A stretch of DNA of 63,947 nt, counting the filler, from Rhabdomonas costata (lineage: Eukaryota): assembly GCA_019059605.1 (NCBI GenBank). It is 57 parts of 57 records of this genome, joined end to end, with 100 filler letters (N's around TTAATTAATTAA, not from the genome) between each part and the next. Parts side by side here need not be neighbours in the genome. Positions count along the whole stretch, not along the records: positions 38,208 to 39,231 come from JAHMHO010032892.1; positions 39,332 to 40,355 come from JAHMHO010032893.1; positions 40,456 to 41,479 come from JAHMHO010032894.1; positions 41,580 to 42,600 come from JAHMHO010032895.1; positions 42,701 to 43,724 come from JAHMHO010032896.1; positions 43,825 to 44,848 come from JAHMHO010032897.1; positions 44,949 to 45,972 come from JAHMHO010032898.1; positions 46,073 to 47,096 come from JAHMHO010032899.1; 49 more parts are not named here. The stretch is one strand, 5' to 3'. The notes beneath the pieces are model-generated. The model did not search any database and had not been told where the DNA came from. It worked only from the letters and a program-made list of their open reading frames with translations. Each line of letters starts with the position of its first letter. Position 1 is the first letter of the stretch. The position numbers were made by a program, and so were the translations under genes. This document shows positions 39,042 to 52,815 of this stretch, piece by piece.

Positions 39042-42000
39042 GTGTAGCATACTTTCCAGCGCAAAGATTGGGTTGTACTATTGCCCCGCTCTCTCTTGCT
39101 CTGGAAATGGGCATACGTTGTAGTTGGTGTGCGTTAAGCATTAAGCACGGAGAGCATGAATACGGACCCATGGGGGGGGGGATGGGTCCGTATTCATGCT
39201 CTCCGTGCTTAATGCTTAACGCACACACACCNNNNNNNNNNNNNNNNNNNNNNNNNNNNNNNNNNNNNNNNNNNNTTAATTAATTAANNNNNNNNNNNNN
39301 NNNNNNNNNNNNNNNNNNNNNNNNNNNNNNNGTTGTTGGTGGTTGTGGACGTGGCCCCTGGGTGATAACGACCTCAGCGGGCCGGCGACGAGTTTCCCCC
39401 TGTACACGGGGAGGCGACCGACGGGGGCCCCCGTCACACACAGGGCGCCTTGGCGCGGTGTGCTGTGGCGTGTCCTTGTGCTGCTGTTCACATCTGTTGG
39501 TTTTTCTTGACGCGTTTCCGTATATAACAAACCTTAGACGTTAGTTCCTCATCCCCCCATGACTGCTATCCCTTATGGCGGCGTTGAATATACATTATAA
39601 GTTGTCTGTTCGAGAAAAAAGGAAAAGATCAGAAAATTTTCACATATATGAAAAGAGAATAATTTGCAAAGGCGCTCGTTTTTTGATGCATCGAAATGAA
39701 CACTGACACCCAGTCTGTGTGGGCAAGAAAGACTTTTGCACTGTGGTGCCAAAATACGGCGGTGCGCATGTCCGAGTAAAAAAATTGGTTTCAAAAGATG
39801 TCCTACTCCCACATAAACTTCAGGGAAAAGGTATTCCTCTTTGTTGATTTAAATTTTAAATTAAATGAATGATGATTTAGTAACGGTGATGTGGACATTG
39901 AATTGTTGGTTGGTTGGTGCACGTTTTCGGATGTTGAAATGTTAATAAAAGTTGAAAGCAAAAACGCAAATACATGTTTCGTTCATCAATTTCCGTTCAT
40001 CCAGTTTCCAATCATCTCATTGAACGCAAGCTACTCGCCACTCCTCGTTTGCGTTTGCCCAGAGGCACGCTGCTTACTTCCATTTAGAATTTAAAACATC
40101 GCAGAAATAAAAATTAAAGTTCAAGTGGACCATAAAATAGGCCACCTCAAAAAATTTTACCAAACAAATTCAATCAACAATATGCCCTCGCCACCTCAAA
40201 GCTGAGAAAATAACAATGAGTACAAAAACAAAGACCTGATGCAACTCGTCCAATCCCGCGAAGGAATTCCTGTAGAACAGAACAGCAGCGCCCGCTCCAC
40301 GGAGGACGTCACGGACCACTCCGAGCAGCCTCGCCCGCCCGCAGACCACCCCACCNNNNNNNNNNNNNNNNNNNNNNNNNNNNNNNNNNNNNNNNNNNNT
40401 TAATTAATTAANNNNNNNNNNNNNNNNNNNNNNNNNNNNNNNNNNNNNNNNNNNNGGTTTGTGGTTAGGAGAGGCAATCCAAGCCCAACTTTGTGCGGGA
40501 GAATTGCGGGGCCGCCGTCGATGACCCGTCTGCTTCTGCTTTCCTGGCATTTTCTTTTGGATTTCAAATTGGGGTGGCAAAGAAATCAAAATCCTGCAGA
40601 ATTAAGCACACGCCCGTGGAGTATGGAAACGCAAGGAAAGCGATAGCAGTCACAGGGAAAGGACGCTGGATACTTCGGCTGTGTCCTCTCAGCAGGGGAC
40701 TCTACCGCCGTCGTTTCCGACCTTACTCTCGAAGACGATCGCAGGACAACTTTGCGCCGAGGTAGTGCTCGCTCGCGTTGCCAGAGTCACCGCCGGCTGG
40801 GGTTGGAGTGTGTGCTGAAGTTGTCCGTTAACGTTTGGTTGGCGTATCTTTGCGTGCAAGTGCAGTTCTATAGACGTGCCGCGTGCACTATAGCGTTTTC
40901 TTAGCCACATGAAGTTACTTTCTTCACTTTTTGGGAACTTAGTTTTCGGAGTTCCAGTGCGACGACCGGGTGCGCTTGTGGATTTTGTATGCGGCGGAGA
41001 GGGGGACGGCCACGGAAAAAAGCGAAGCATGGCTTCCAGAAGTTTGGAAGCTGCAGGCTGTGACCAATGTTGCGTTGCGGTTGTACGCCATAATCCAGAC
41101 CATTCATATCCCATGTCGAAACCGACAGTGGGCAAGAAGACCTGAAGAATGTCACAGCCATAAGTCTTAGGTTCACGGTGGAAGGCAACACGAACTTCCC
41201 GTTTTACATTTTACCGGTAGAGCTGCTTGCCTTTCGAAAGGCGGCGCTTGTACATCGAGGTCAATGGTGTTCCGCTGGTCGGCTGCCCATCCATACCCAT
41301 TCCCATTTCTGCCCCCTGATGCGTTCCCCAAAAATCAGGAATGGACGGGCCAACCAACGGACCCTCGAACATTTCAATGTTTCTGAGGAAGAAGCAACCA
41401 TCGCACCCACCGTGGTAATGTGTGGGATGTGCTCTTCTTCTGGATCGCGTTATGCCTTACCGTGGAGGGGGGGTACATTNNNNNNNNNNNNNNNNNNNNN
41501 NNNNNNNNNNNNNNNNNNNNNNNTTAATTAATTAANNNNNNNNNNNNNNNNNNNNNNNNNNNNNNNNNNNNNNNNNNNNGGTGTTTTTGACGAAGATTTT
41601 TAGAACCCGGGGTGCACCTTTCGGAGGCCTGCATACTGAGCTAAACTTTCGGCCGGGCCTGCTTAGCATACCTAAGGGTAGAGCCCAGGAGTACTTCATG
41701 CTGGCACCGGAGTGGGCCGGAATACTTCGGTTTAGAGCCACACTAGAAGCCAATTCAGGGCCGTTTTGGGGTAATTTTGAGTCCTTTGCACACCTGCATA
41801 CTGATGAGAGAAAGAAATGTAGGCTGGCGCACCGTCCGACGGTGTGCAACGATTTTATTTTTGTTTGGGTGCCACTCCTGATGGGTTTGTTCTGCAGTCA
41901 CCTTATGTGTCAATATTTGCTTCCTATGTCACTTGCATGCAAAAAACACCGCTCTGTCGCTGCTGGTTTCAGTTGCTTTAACTTACACCCTTCCTAACAA

Positions 42001-42960
42001 CTGCCGATTTGCAGGAACACTAATTTAAAATTTTCCCCACCGCGACGTGCCTGGTAATTGTGCGAAGGTACTAGAACAAGTCCCAGTCGTAGCAAGCTCG
42101 ATGGAGGGACAACGCGTAGACTTCGAGGAGGGGGTTGCCCCGTACAAAACTTCTGGACAACAACACTCCGCCCGACACTGCGGTTGGTGCATGATGGTGC
42201 ACGGCGTACCACAGTACTTGGTCGGGTTCCGTCACACGGTCTTGTGACACTCCTTCCACGTCCAGGCGGGTTTCTGTTACCTTTGGTTTTCGCTTCTCCT
42301 TTCCTTTAATTCCTTTAGTTTTCTGTGCAGTTCACTTGTACCACCTGGGAAAACAAAAGTTTATTTTGGAGGAAACTTACTTCTATTAATAATAAGGCTT
42401 TAACAAAACGTCTGCAACAAAACAATACTGAGAATTTGTTTTTTAGGGTAATCCACTAGCAGAAAAGGAATTGTGCCCGAATTATAATTCTTGACGTGGG
42501 TAGTATTTAGTATTGGATTTTTATTGGAATCATTTCCGGGTTCTTCATTTTGCCGAGGTGTACTTGATCGCTTATCCCTGAAATGATTCCAATAAAAACC
42601 NNNNNNNNNNNNNNNNNNNNNNNNNNNNNNNNNNNNNNNNNNNNTTAATTAATTAANNNNNNNNNNNNNNNNNNNNNNNNNNNNNNNNNNNNNNNNNNNN
42701 GGTTGGGGGGCTTCGTCCGTTTGGTCCCTCCCCCGCTCCCCATTGTTCAACACTTGCCACAACTGGGCGGGCTTGAATAATGGGGAGCGGGGGAGGGACC
42801 AAACGGACGAAGCCCACCAACACCGGGACAAGGAACAAATTAGTACAGGTGTGGGAAGACAAAAACTGGGTGTCAAGGGCCCCATCGAAGCGTTCCCTTA
42901 ACTCTTTCCCTTTCCAGTCACGTCCAAAGCTGCGCACACTCAGTTCCCGCGCATGGGTAC

Positions 42961-43551
42961 CTCCAGTGCTCGAGGTAGTGGTCCCATCGCTGCCGTGGGA
43001 CATCCACCCGCTCGTCGTCCTGCAACTCGGCCCAGGCCTGCGCGAGCTCCCCAAACTGGTCCGTCACCGGAACAAAGGCACTATCGGCCACCACGGGCAT
43101 GTCCTTCTGCTGGGCCACCGTCTTCACATGCCCCCGCCGCATGGCCTTGTTAGCTGAAGACGCAATAGGAGGGGGAGGGACACAGGGGAGCATCTAAAGA
43201 AATGGAAAGAGATAAGCAAAAAAGCAAGCATTCCCTTTCCTTCCTGTTCACGCGACTAACGGTTAGTGGTAGCTAAAAAAAGTTTAGATAGCGGGGTACA
43301 ACTCATCCTCGCTCCGCCCCACCCACCTCTGCCTGGGCCACTGCAATGCTATGAGTCCTACTGATCGACTAAATCTACTGTCTGCTCGACACCAGACTGT
43401 GATGTGCATCACTGGCCTCTGTGGTAAGTCCCTCACCTGAGGCGACGATCTCGCCCTCGAGCCACGTCTCGGTGACCGCATCGAAGTCCATGGTGTGCTC
43501 GGTGGCCCAGTCCATAGGTGCTAGCACCTTGGAAATCATCTCAGGGGTCAC
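42961..43551 (-). CDS. Unknown protein, 2 phase-compatible exons
   Basis: Exon 43551-43437 (VTPEMISKVLAPMDW...EGEIVAS) and exon 43153-42961 (ANKAMRRGHVK...WDHYLEHW), joined by a GT-AG intron in phase 1. GC3-rich. Confidence 0.55.
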
Positions 43552-43824
43552 CTGTGCAAAACAAATGTTCAGCGGGGAAGAAGAGAAAATGGGGTCGCCA
43601 TCAAAGTCACCCATCCAGCTAAATAACACAAAAGACAATGACCAAAAAAACCACTGCCTGTCCCCTGTTTTTTTCCTGAGCCAAAAGGCGTCTCACGACG
43701 GACAACATTGTAGAACCCCCACACNNNNNNNNNNNNNNNNNNNNNNNNNNNNNNNNNNNNNNNNNNNNTTAATTAATTAANNNNNNNNNNNNNNNNNNNN
43801 NNNNNNNNNNNNNNNNNNNNNNNN

Positions 43825-44848
43825 CCTCCGCAAAGGCTTCGATAATGCCTCCACTGTTTTTGGTGGCGCTGGGACCTGCTGTCCCCGCCGTGAACGACCC
43901 CGATTGGCCCCAAACAATGTACTTGGTCTGAAACGATGAGCTGTCACTGAAGCATGGCCGGCTAGAGAAGGAAAACAACGAGTTGACCGGAACCATCTGC
44001 AGATTCATCGAGAAGGTGAGGTTCGAGATCCATACCTGCCGCAGTCCCAGGTTGCATTTTGCGGAGTACGGCCCTGCATGCAGGGTTGAATCAATCGGAA
44101 TAACCCCAAGTGAAACGAAGGCGCCGGCCACTGCACCGCTCTGAAATAGGCTTGAACTTGGAATACTCTTCAAGGCACCTACCAGCAGGCGGCCCCCCAC
44201 ATACCCCTCCAAAGCGGTCGCCGATGGGAAATACGTGCTATTCACAGCTGCCATCGCCGCCTGATAGCTCCTCACCACCGGAATGCTGGGATCCACGGAA
44301 AGGGGAAGCACTTGGGCCATGTAAACATTTCCGCTGCTGCGGCTAGGCAGGTAGGTCTCAAAACCCTCGCCCACTACAGATCCCAATAGGTACACAACGG
44401 AGGGAGGCAGAACTGCCTTCGCAAGCGAAATAAAAGCAGCCGCAACGGGCGCACTGACCCACACCAGAATCACCTCCGGAACAAAGGGCAGCGCCCGCGT
44501 CACCAATCCAATCGTGCCCGCCGTCACGTTCGTGTTGTCCGCAGCACAGCTCCCATTGCTGTACAACCTCAGGTTGACCGCTTCCAGGGCCGCCTTCAGA
44601 GCGTCCACTGCCTGCGTCCCAAAGCTGCCTTCCTGGTAGAACACCGAAAACCGGATCAGGTCCAACGTGCACGTCGCATAGTTCACCAAGGCATTGATCT
44701 CATCCGCATAGCTGGCACGGACTGTAAATACGTTGGTAGACACCGTGGGTGGGGCCATTGCCTTCACCGCAAGACCGGGATATGGCCCCACCACAACGGA
44801 GGTGTTCCGCCCCACAAGCTCCGCCAGCTCGTCATCTGCAAACCACCC
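43825..44848 (-). CDS. Type-1 periplasmic-binding-fold (PBP1, leucine-binding-like) receptor ectodomain, tandem domains, partial
   Basis: Contig-long open frame with NVFTVRASYADE, SVFYQEGSFG, QVLP...SIPVVRSYQAAM and ALEGYVGGRLL. A second domain starts at IVWGQSGSFT...GIIEAFAE. Confidence 0.82.
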
Positions 44849-45489
44849 NNNNNNNNNNNNNNNNNNNNNNNNNNNNNNNNNNNNNNNNNNNNTTAATTAA
44901 TTAANNNNNNNNNNNNNNNNNNNNNNNNNNNNNNNNNNNNNNNNNNNNGGGAGGAGGGAGGAAAAGGTTTTGGGAGAAAAAGTGAGCGTGACTGTCCACC
45001 TCCTTTGAAACCTTCGGGCCTTGCGTGGTCCTGTTTCTGTTTATGTTTCTGCTTCTGCTTATGAGAAAAATCGCATGCTAGCTTAAGGTGCTGTATTACA
45101 TTTCCCGTGATTCTTAAAATGGATAAGACAAGACAGCTGCAGATGTCCGGAAGGCGTCAGATAATGCCCCCGGCTGGGCCTCTACACAATTTGTGAGGCT
45201 GTCGTCAAAACCATCCGGCTCGGTGATCAGAAAGCGGCACAAAAATACACAAACCAACCTCCAAGGGGCTACCACCGGCTGGAGATGAAAGGACAGTCCT
45301 TAGCGTGTTGGTAGGCCTTTTGGACAAGCGTAACCCCCAGGCGTTCTTCGGCCTTGGCGCCTTTCCAATACCACGCGCACTCCCAGTACCTTCTCAAAAT
45401 ACTGATCCAGTTGGTAAATACCCCGTCACTCCTCCCGCTGTTCAACCCCTGAGTAGCACCGGAAACCCGTGCGCAGCCCGCACGCACAC

Positions 45490-45775
45490 CGTGTCGCAGA
45501 TCGAGGGCAGGCAGGTGCACGGCGACACGGGGTCCTCGTAGCCATCGTACGGGGCCATGCACTGCCCCCAATCCCCGCTGAACGCCCCTTGAATCTCGTT
45601 GGCTGAGGTTCCGGCAAAGTAGCCCGTCGAAGAGCTCTGGTAGCACTGGCACCCGTTGGAGGTGCAGTTGCCGCGACCATTGCTGCAGTGGGCGAAGCAC
45701 CGGCACCCTGTGCTGGGGTCACTCCAGCCGCTGAGGCACGCTGCGCACGCCCCGGTGCTGTCCGTCGCCCAATGC
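45490..45775 (-). CDS. EGF/laminin-EGF-like Cys-rich surface protein, internal exon
   Basis: Reads HWATDSTGACAACLSGW...CFAHCSNGRGNCTSNGCQCYQSSSTGYFAG, with CAG acceptor and GTGTGC donor. Confidence 0.7.
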
Positions 45776-47196
45776 CTGGGCGCAGTAACCCAACACCTAC
45801 TCACCACCCACAACTTGGACGGGGAAGTGGGAACTCGGGCGGGGGCGGTAACGGTTGTCATATTGGCCCACAATTACAGTCTACAATCTATTACAATTTT
45901 ATTAAGTCATGAAACGCCCCCAACTCACCCCCAGGCCACGTTCCCGCCTCATCGGCCGCACCACAACAAACCNNNNNNNNNNNNNNNNNNNNNNNNNNNN
46001 NNNNNNNNNNNNNNNNTTAATTAATTAANNNNNNNNNNNNNNNNNNNNNNNNNNNNNNNNNNNNNNNNNNNNGTCTTGGGTGTGGTTGGTTGTTGGGGGA
46101 GTCCCCTTTTGACGGCTGCCCCGGAGGAAAGCCGCCATTTCGGGTAACGGGACATGCCAAAACCCAACGCCATGCAGTACCGGCACTGGGGGATGTGAAC
46201 CGGTACCGAATGGAAGGGTAGTGTAAAGTTTTACCTCGGGATAGGGTCGACCCGTTCAGCAACACCGCGCACACCGTGACGACCGTGTTTTTTTTTTCGT
46301 GCTCTTCTTTGTGCTACCCTGTTCATGCTCATTTGTGTTTTGCACTCCACGCCACTGCTGCATCAACTCTCCGCGCGTGTGTGCTTCTCTGCTTGTCTTT
46401 CCGGTCTCCTCTTTGCTTTTTGTACCAGCCAGAGTGCGGCCAACGGCCGCAAACCTGCCACCAAGCAGCAGACCCTGCGCGCCGCAAACGGCAGTACCCC
46501 CTGCCGCCAGTCAGCCCTGGGCGCCGCCGGGACAGCCCTCCTGATGCCCTTGATCATGTGTTTAGAACGCACACATGAACACACACCAATGTACACTACA
46601 CTTGCCCTCTGCACCACTTTTGCTGAACTTGTTGTGCCCTTCGCAACCATTTCCCCGACAAACGGGTTCCTTTGACAACACCCAGTTTCTGTCAATAGTT
46701 TCCCCTTACCTTTTTCCGGGGCTCCTCCGCCCCTAGTGGGGGAGGGTGTAACGGTCCTCCTAATTTCCGAAACCGGATCTTCCCCCCCGGCCATGTATCA
46801 CTCCTTGCCCGGAAACACATACTTTCACCCACGGTTTCCCCCCAACAAAATCCCCTTTTGGCCAAATGACCTTTCTGGCCATTGCCCTTGACCATTGCTA
46901 CCGTCTTTTCCCTGCCAAACACGCGTTGTCTTTTTCGTGCTTTTCTCCGTGCATTTGGTCACCTTTTGTACCGCATTTACCCCGCGGACCTTTTGGTCAC
47001 TTGACCCGACCGGCTTTTTATGAAATTTACTACCGCAATAGACCAAAACTAAAGGAATCCAATTGGAAAGCACCCTTTTGCTAGACCAAAACCCAANNNN
47101 NNNNNNNNNNNNNNNNNNNNNNNNNNNNNNNNNNNNNNNNTTAATTAATTAANNNNNNNNNNNNNNNNNNNNNNNNNNNNNNNNNNNNNNNNNNNN

Positions 47197-48220
47197 TTGT
47201 GGTTGGAGTGCATGGCCTTGCACGCGAAGGTGGGCTCGGCCAGCAAAGCACAGGCGCGGTCGTTGTGGGCAGCCAAGGCCACGGCCAAGGGCACCAGCCC
47301 GGTAGCATCCTGCGAGTTTACACGAAGGACTCCCCAGGAAAGTCGTATGGGAAGAGCAGCAAAGTATACGCAGGGGTTTCATCGTGGAAGCCAAGCAGTG
47401 AGCACGCAAAGAGCAAAGGAGTGCCCTGAAGCGCTATCCCCCCTTCCCTTCAATAGACGGTACATGCTGGCGAACGCCAAATCAGAGGGGGAGAGACAGG
47501 CGCATTGGATTGGTTGCTTGGCGGATGTCGGGGTACTTGGGGAGCTGCCGTTCTGCGGCCACACAAAGAGAGAGAGTGAGAGGCACCCATACGGTGTGTG
47601 AGGCAGAGTGGGCTTAAACGGTATTTTTGTGACGGAAGAGTGCCTTTTGAGTGGAATTAATATATGGCCTTCGGTGTAAAGTGTCGGGCACAGTGAAAAC
47701 AGCTATTGCAAGCTTGTGAGTAGAAGGAAATGGACTGGGGCAAGCAGTAGAAAATTGCGAAACTTCAGCGGCTCTCGAAAAAAGAGATTACTTGCACAGA
47801 ATCTTCTGGGGCGCACTTAGCTGTGGATTCGAAACACCTTACTTGGAGGATCAACCCCCGAAACGCATTCCATTGTTTCCAACAGAAACCTCTGCTGAAA
47901 GGCGGTACGACGCTGTGGCATGGCCGTACTTCAAGCCCACCAACGCCAAGACAAAATCTCTCTCATGCGTCCAGCAAAATGAGGGCTCTGCCAACCCATC
48001 CAAGCGCTTGGTCGCGATGAAACAAACGCACATTCGTACAACAACCGTACCTACCCATTCAAACAGCAAAACCAGCTAATGCGTACATTAAATACAAATA
48101 GGGAGCGGGGCGGCACCTGCACGGCGACGTCGGCGCCAGCCCTCAGAAGGGCTGTCAAAGCCTGCGGGCTGCCGCTCTGTGCTGCGCAGTGCAGTGGGGT
48201 GCGGCCCAAGGCATCCTGCG
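47197..48220 (-). CDS. Ankyrin-repeat protein, 2 partial exons
   Basis: Exon 48220-48117 (QDALGRTPLHCAAQSGSPQALTALLRAGADVAVQ), 807-nt GT-AG intron, exon from 47309 (DATGLVPLAVAL). Not captured by the ORF track. Confidence 0.85.
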
Positions 48221-48573
48221 NNNNNNNNNNNNNNNNNNNNNNNNNNNNNNNNNNNNNNNNNNNNTTAATTAATTAANNNNNNNNNNNNNNNNNNNNNNNN
48301 NNNNNNNNNNNNNNNNNNNNGGGTTGGGGGCACATTTCCTGCCCTCGCAGCTCGAAAGTTCGAGAACTTGTCAGGTTTAAGTTACGGGAGGATTTTCGAG
48401 CTTTTCAAGAAAGCAGGAAATGTGCCACCAGCCACTCGGAGCCACAATACTTGCGCGGACAAATGTACAACGTGAGGCAACGCGCGAGTGCGCGCGCGCG
48501 CGAGGGACAAAGAGGGCGCAGTAAATGTACAACAGCCTCGCCCATATGGCTGCATCTTGATCGGCTCGGCACA

Positions 48574-49344
48574 TCAAGACAATGCTGAGACGGCCTGCTT
48601 CAAGGCCCATACCACCACTTTCACCAGGAGAAACAGCAAAAAAAACACGAACACGAAGAGAACCGTCCCAAAAATCCGCGCTGTTCTGATAAGCATGGCC
48701 GCGTGCTTGGCTGAAGCCGCTGCAAAGAAAAAAGAACGGCAATTGCGCCCAAAGAAAGAACTTTCTTCAGCCTCGTTTTGACACGATGCACTCCAAAAGA
48801 ACACAATGCGTTCCAAATTTTTTCTTTGCCAAATTCGCGTCCCTCAAATGCAAGACTTCATTAAACGCCCAAAGCACAAAGTAGGGTTGGTCGAAGGATG
48901 ATTTTTTGTCGTTACTTACAAATGTAACACACCTTTTTTCAAACGCACATACTTGCGCATGCAATTAAGTGGAGGCTCATATGCAACTACTATACCAAAA
49001 AGACATCCAGCACACAAAAATCTACCAAAAGCAAACAGAGAAACAAAAGAAGGACCTGCGCTAGCAGCGTCAGGGATTCCCCCGCCCCTGGGCCACACGA
49101 ACATGTGGACCCGGCCTTTGCTGTCTTTGACGAAATGAGCGAAGACGTCCTCGCCGCCGAACTGCTGATCCTGGTGTTGCTGATACTGGCGCTGCTGTTG
49201 ATGGTGGTACTGCCCAAAGTCGCGAAAGAAGTCATCCCCAGGAGGCCACGATGGGCCCGCTCGACCCTGCTCGCCCCAGCCAGCCTCATTTGCCCGAGGT
49301 CCGGAGAGAACCTCGTAAGCCCTTTGCACCTCCTTGAACCGAGC
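48574..49344 (-). CDS. DnaJ-domain protein with C-terminal transmembrane anchor, last two exons
   Basis: FKEVQRAYEVLS matches J-domain helix III-IV, followed by a G/F/Q-rich linker. Exon ends 49056, intron to 48720, then final exon with hydrophobic IFGTVLFVFVFFLLFLLVKVVVWAL and stop. Confidence 0.75.
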
Positions 49345-52300
49345 NNNNNNNNNNNNNNNNNNNNNNNNNNNNNNNNNNNNNNNNNNNNTTAATTAATTAA
49401 NNNNNNNNNNNNNNNNNNNNNNNNNNNNNNNNNNNNNNNNNNNNGTTGTTGTGGAGTTGGTGGGAGGCGCAAAAAGGTTTGTGGAGACAGAGGAGATGAG
49501 GAAAATGGAGAGAATGATGGAAGAATATTAATGAAAGAAGTACACAAAGATTACATACAGAGCCATGGCGCAGCCCCACCCATCAAGCAAAGATTCTATT
49601 TCATGTGTGCTGAAACGAGATGAGAGCTATCTGCCCTTCTCGTGAGACATTGGCGCAGGGAATGGGATGATTTCTGCGAGCCATGGGTCATGAGTCGTGA
49701 GCCACGTCGTGTGGATGGCAGCGGTGGCAGATCCCCACCACAAATTCAGAAAAGCCCGAGCCCAAGCGGGAGGGGAGGGGGAGGGGGAGCGGTGAAGGAA
49801 AAGGAGGCACCAAAAGGAAGTGGTAGCCACAGGTCAGCAAAATCATCAAACCAACCCACCTATCGATATCGATTAGCACATTATGCCTGGTTAGGATTTC
49901 CACCAAAAACCTAAAGGGCAGATCAGCGTAGCCTGAGAACCCGGTAATGCTAAACCCACTAAGAAGCCAATTTTCATGCTCACTTCCCGATTATGGATTC
50001 AATAATTGCACTCAGCACAGACTTACGCCTTCTTTCAATTGAAGTGGATGCGACGCCATGAATAAAGTAGGTACAAATTGCGAAACTCCGCTAAACCATC
50101 AGTTTGGCTGGGAGTTTGGCTGACCCAGGCTCTGAATGAGACAGGCAGGGGAAGATCACGCAAAGACCAGCAAAAGGCACGAACACAGAAAAGGCGGACC
50201 CTCGCAGGTCGACCCTTCGGAAGAAGCCCGCACCATACCTATTGACCCACCCAGGAAAAACGCACACAATGAAAGAAAGGGTTCAGAAGCAGGCCCTTGA
50301 GCTGGCGCCATGACCTGAGCCCAATTCCTTGCAAACGCGTAATCAATTGACTGAATGATTTTTTGCCTTGGCACAAAAGGAAAATGTGGAAAAGAACAAA
50401 AAGCAACACGCTCCTTAGTCCGATTTCTGCTCTATCCCACTATCCAGCAGCAGGATTCCCAAAACCCNNNNNNNNNNNNNNNNNNNNNNNNNNNNNNNNN
50501 NNNNNNNNNNNTTAATTAATTAANNNNNNNNNNNNNNNNNNNNNNNNNNNNNNNNNNNNNNNNNNNNTGGTTTTTTCAACTTTTTCTTTTTAGCCTCTTC
50601 CTGTTTGGTTCAGCACCCGTTTTTGCGGGAATGCCCTATGCTGCTTTTCTAATTAATAACACAGCTTACACAGCTCTTCCTTTCACGGGTCACCAGTTTT
50701 TGCACTCTGTGTTGCACTGGGCTCTGAACTCTTTTTATACCGACCACCGTACAAGAGTTCACAGTTCGGAATGACAGAGGGAGCTCTTGGACGTTTTTGC
50801 CCCAAGTTTCAGCGCCCAGCGCCCACCGCTTTGCTTTGTGTGAGGTTGGGGTGGGGGGTGGGGTGCTTGCTTTTGCCTGCAGCACACTGCTGTGCAAGGT
50901 GTGCGAGACCGCCGAGACTCCCAAATACACCGCCCCCTGCTGCGGAATTAAGTAGTATGCCGCTCCTGTGCCCGCGCGCCCCTGGCACCCTTGATTGTTT
51001 CTGCCCTGCGTGATTTATCCCCCCTCACCCCCAATACGGCTAACCGCCTACGCGAGCTATGTGCAGCCCTTGCCGTTTCTTTGCCTTTGCTTGGTGCACA
51101 TCCAACAAATACATGTGATTGTGGGACCTTCTCGGCACCATTGTGGACAGTACACGCAGGCGAGCGCGAATAAAGGTGCATTATTTTACACGGGATGCAC
51201 CCATAAGAGAATTTCTCTCGCTGAGATTTCCTAGCCTTCCCTTCCGCACTTGATAAGAGGGAGGATCGAGCCCGACGACAGTAATCCAAGAGATTGAAGC
51301 CGGACTTCTTTCTTTCACATTCTGATCTGGTGGAGAATGAAAGGGAGGCTGAATGCTTCTCAGGAGGGAGGACGCGATGTCACGGGCCGAGTATGGGATA
51401 CGCTTACTTGCAGGAGAGAGAAAGGCCCCACTGACTGCAGAAGACGTCTGAATGGCTGAAGTCCTTTATTGCGGGAGGAGTCCAGAACCGGAGCAGGAAC
51501 AGGACAAGAGCCCAGCTGTCTGCAGCAATGGACACGGGCGACGCGTGTATGATGGTCTTTTCCTGCTCCGGTTCTGGACTCCACCCACACCNNNNNNNNN
51601 NNNNNNNNNNNNNNNNNNNNNNNNNNNNNNNNNNNTTAATTAATTAANNNNNNNNNNNNNNNNNNNNNNNNNNNNNNNNNNNNNNNNNNNNGTGGTTTTG
51701 CGTCCAAGCACAACCTCACACACGGTTTTGCAGGCAATACCAGGCCAAAACACACGCATCCGCAAGTATGAGAGCTCCAACAAGTGCCGCTATCGGTCTT
51801 ACCATGGTGAACATTGCGGAAGCAAGATGTGTGAATTCTAACACCTGGTCGACGTGGCAGTTGACACTTCGGTGGTGCATCCAATACCGCTACAGGCAGA
51901 CTCCACCAAGGAGTGCTGCGTTGTCGTTGCCAGATTTGAGCTGCGAACGTATGACCAATACCTATCCCGGTACCACAACTCTGGCGTGCGTTTTGCGGAT
52001 TTTGTCTGATAAGATGTGGTCCATAATCTGTGGGGTTCCTCCGCGTAGGCGTATTGTTCACACTACAACGGCTCATGACCTTCGGTGTACGCAGATCTTG
52101 GCTCCGTGCATCTCAAGGCGTGGTAAATGTGGTGGAGTGGGAGCCAGATGGTGTGAGTGGTGATTTCTGATAGTCTTGAGACATAAAGCGCCCAAAGATC
52201 CCAACTTTACGATGCGTAGATTTAGATGAACAGTGTTCCACCGACGCAATGCTTTTCCTTGAGTCAAGGCTGTGTCTCTATCTGTCCACTTCTCCATCCG

Positions 52301-52815
52301 TCGTCATCTTCTCTTTATCCCCGTGTTAAACCATTTTTTCTGACCAATAGTTCGATTATTTTCCATCACTCTTGCGTGTCAATATGCTTCTTGTGCCTTC
52401 ATGTTCTTTTTTTGTGTCTTGTCATCCATCTGTCGTCGCGTTGTTTTGTTTTCCTCCTCCATTTCACTTCCATTGTTTCTCCATTATCCAGATCACACCA
52501 CACTCATTACCAACTACCCCTTCTCCCGCGCCATCTTTTCGTTCCATTTTTAGCAACCTCAGATTATCTTTCCAATTTCAAACAATAGTTGTCTTTTGCT
52601 TCTTGCCGCTTTCCTTCATTCTGTTTTGTCTGTCTCTCTCCCACTTGTAATTTGTGAATTTTCCTTTTGTGAATGACTCAGTACCTCGGTACCTTGTACT
52701 CCATTTTTCCACCAANNNNNNNNNNNNNNNNNNNNNNNNNNNNNNNNNNNNNNNNNNNNTTAATTAATTAANNNNNNNNNNNNNNNNNNNNNNNNNNNNN
52801 NNNNNNNNNNNNNNN

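Noticed and set aside
39127..39226. Hairpin with poly-G loop, plus similar ones at 42517-42598 and 42708-42814, as pre-miRNAs
   Set aside because: All are near-perfect and abut contig ends, so the artefact explanation is simpler.
40215..40300. Ubiquitin-like fragment (DLMQLVQSREGIPVEQ)
   Set aside because: Similarity is short, breaks down on both sides and has no clear splice context.
42040..42280. Cys-rich minus-strand frame with an in-frame TGA as a selenoprotein or recoding case
   Set aside because: Other frames are equally open, no family is recognisable and no SECIS was identified.
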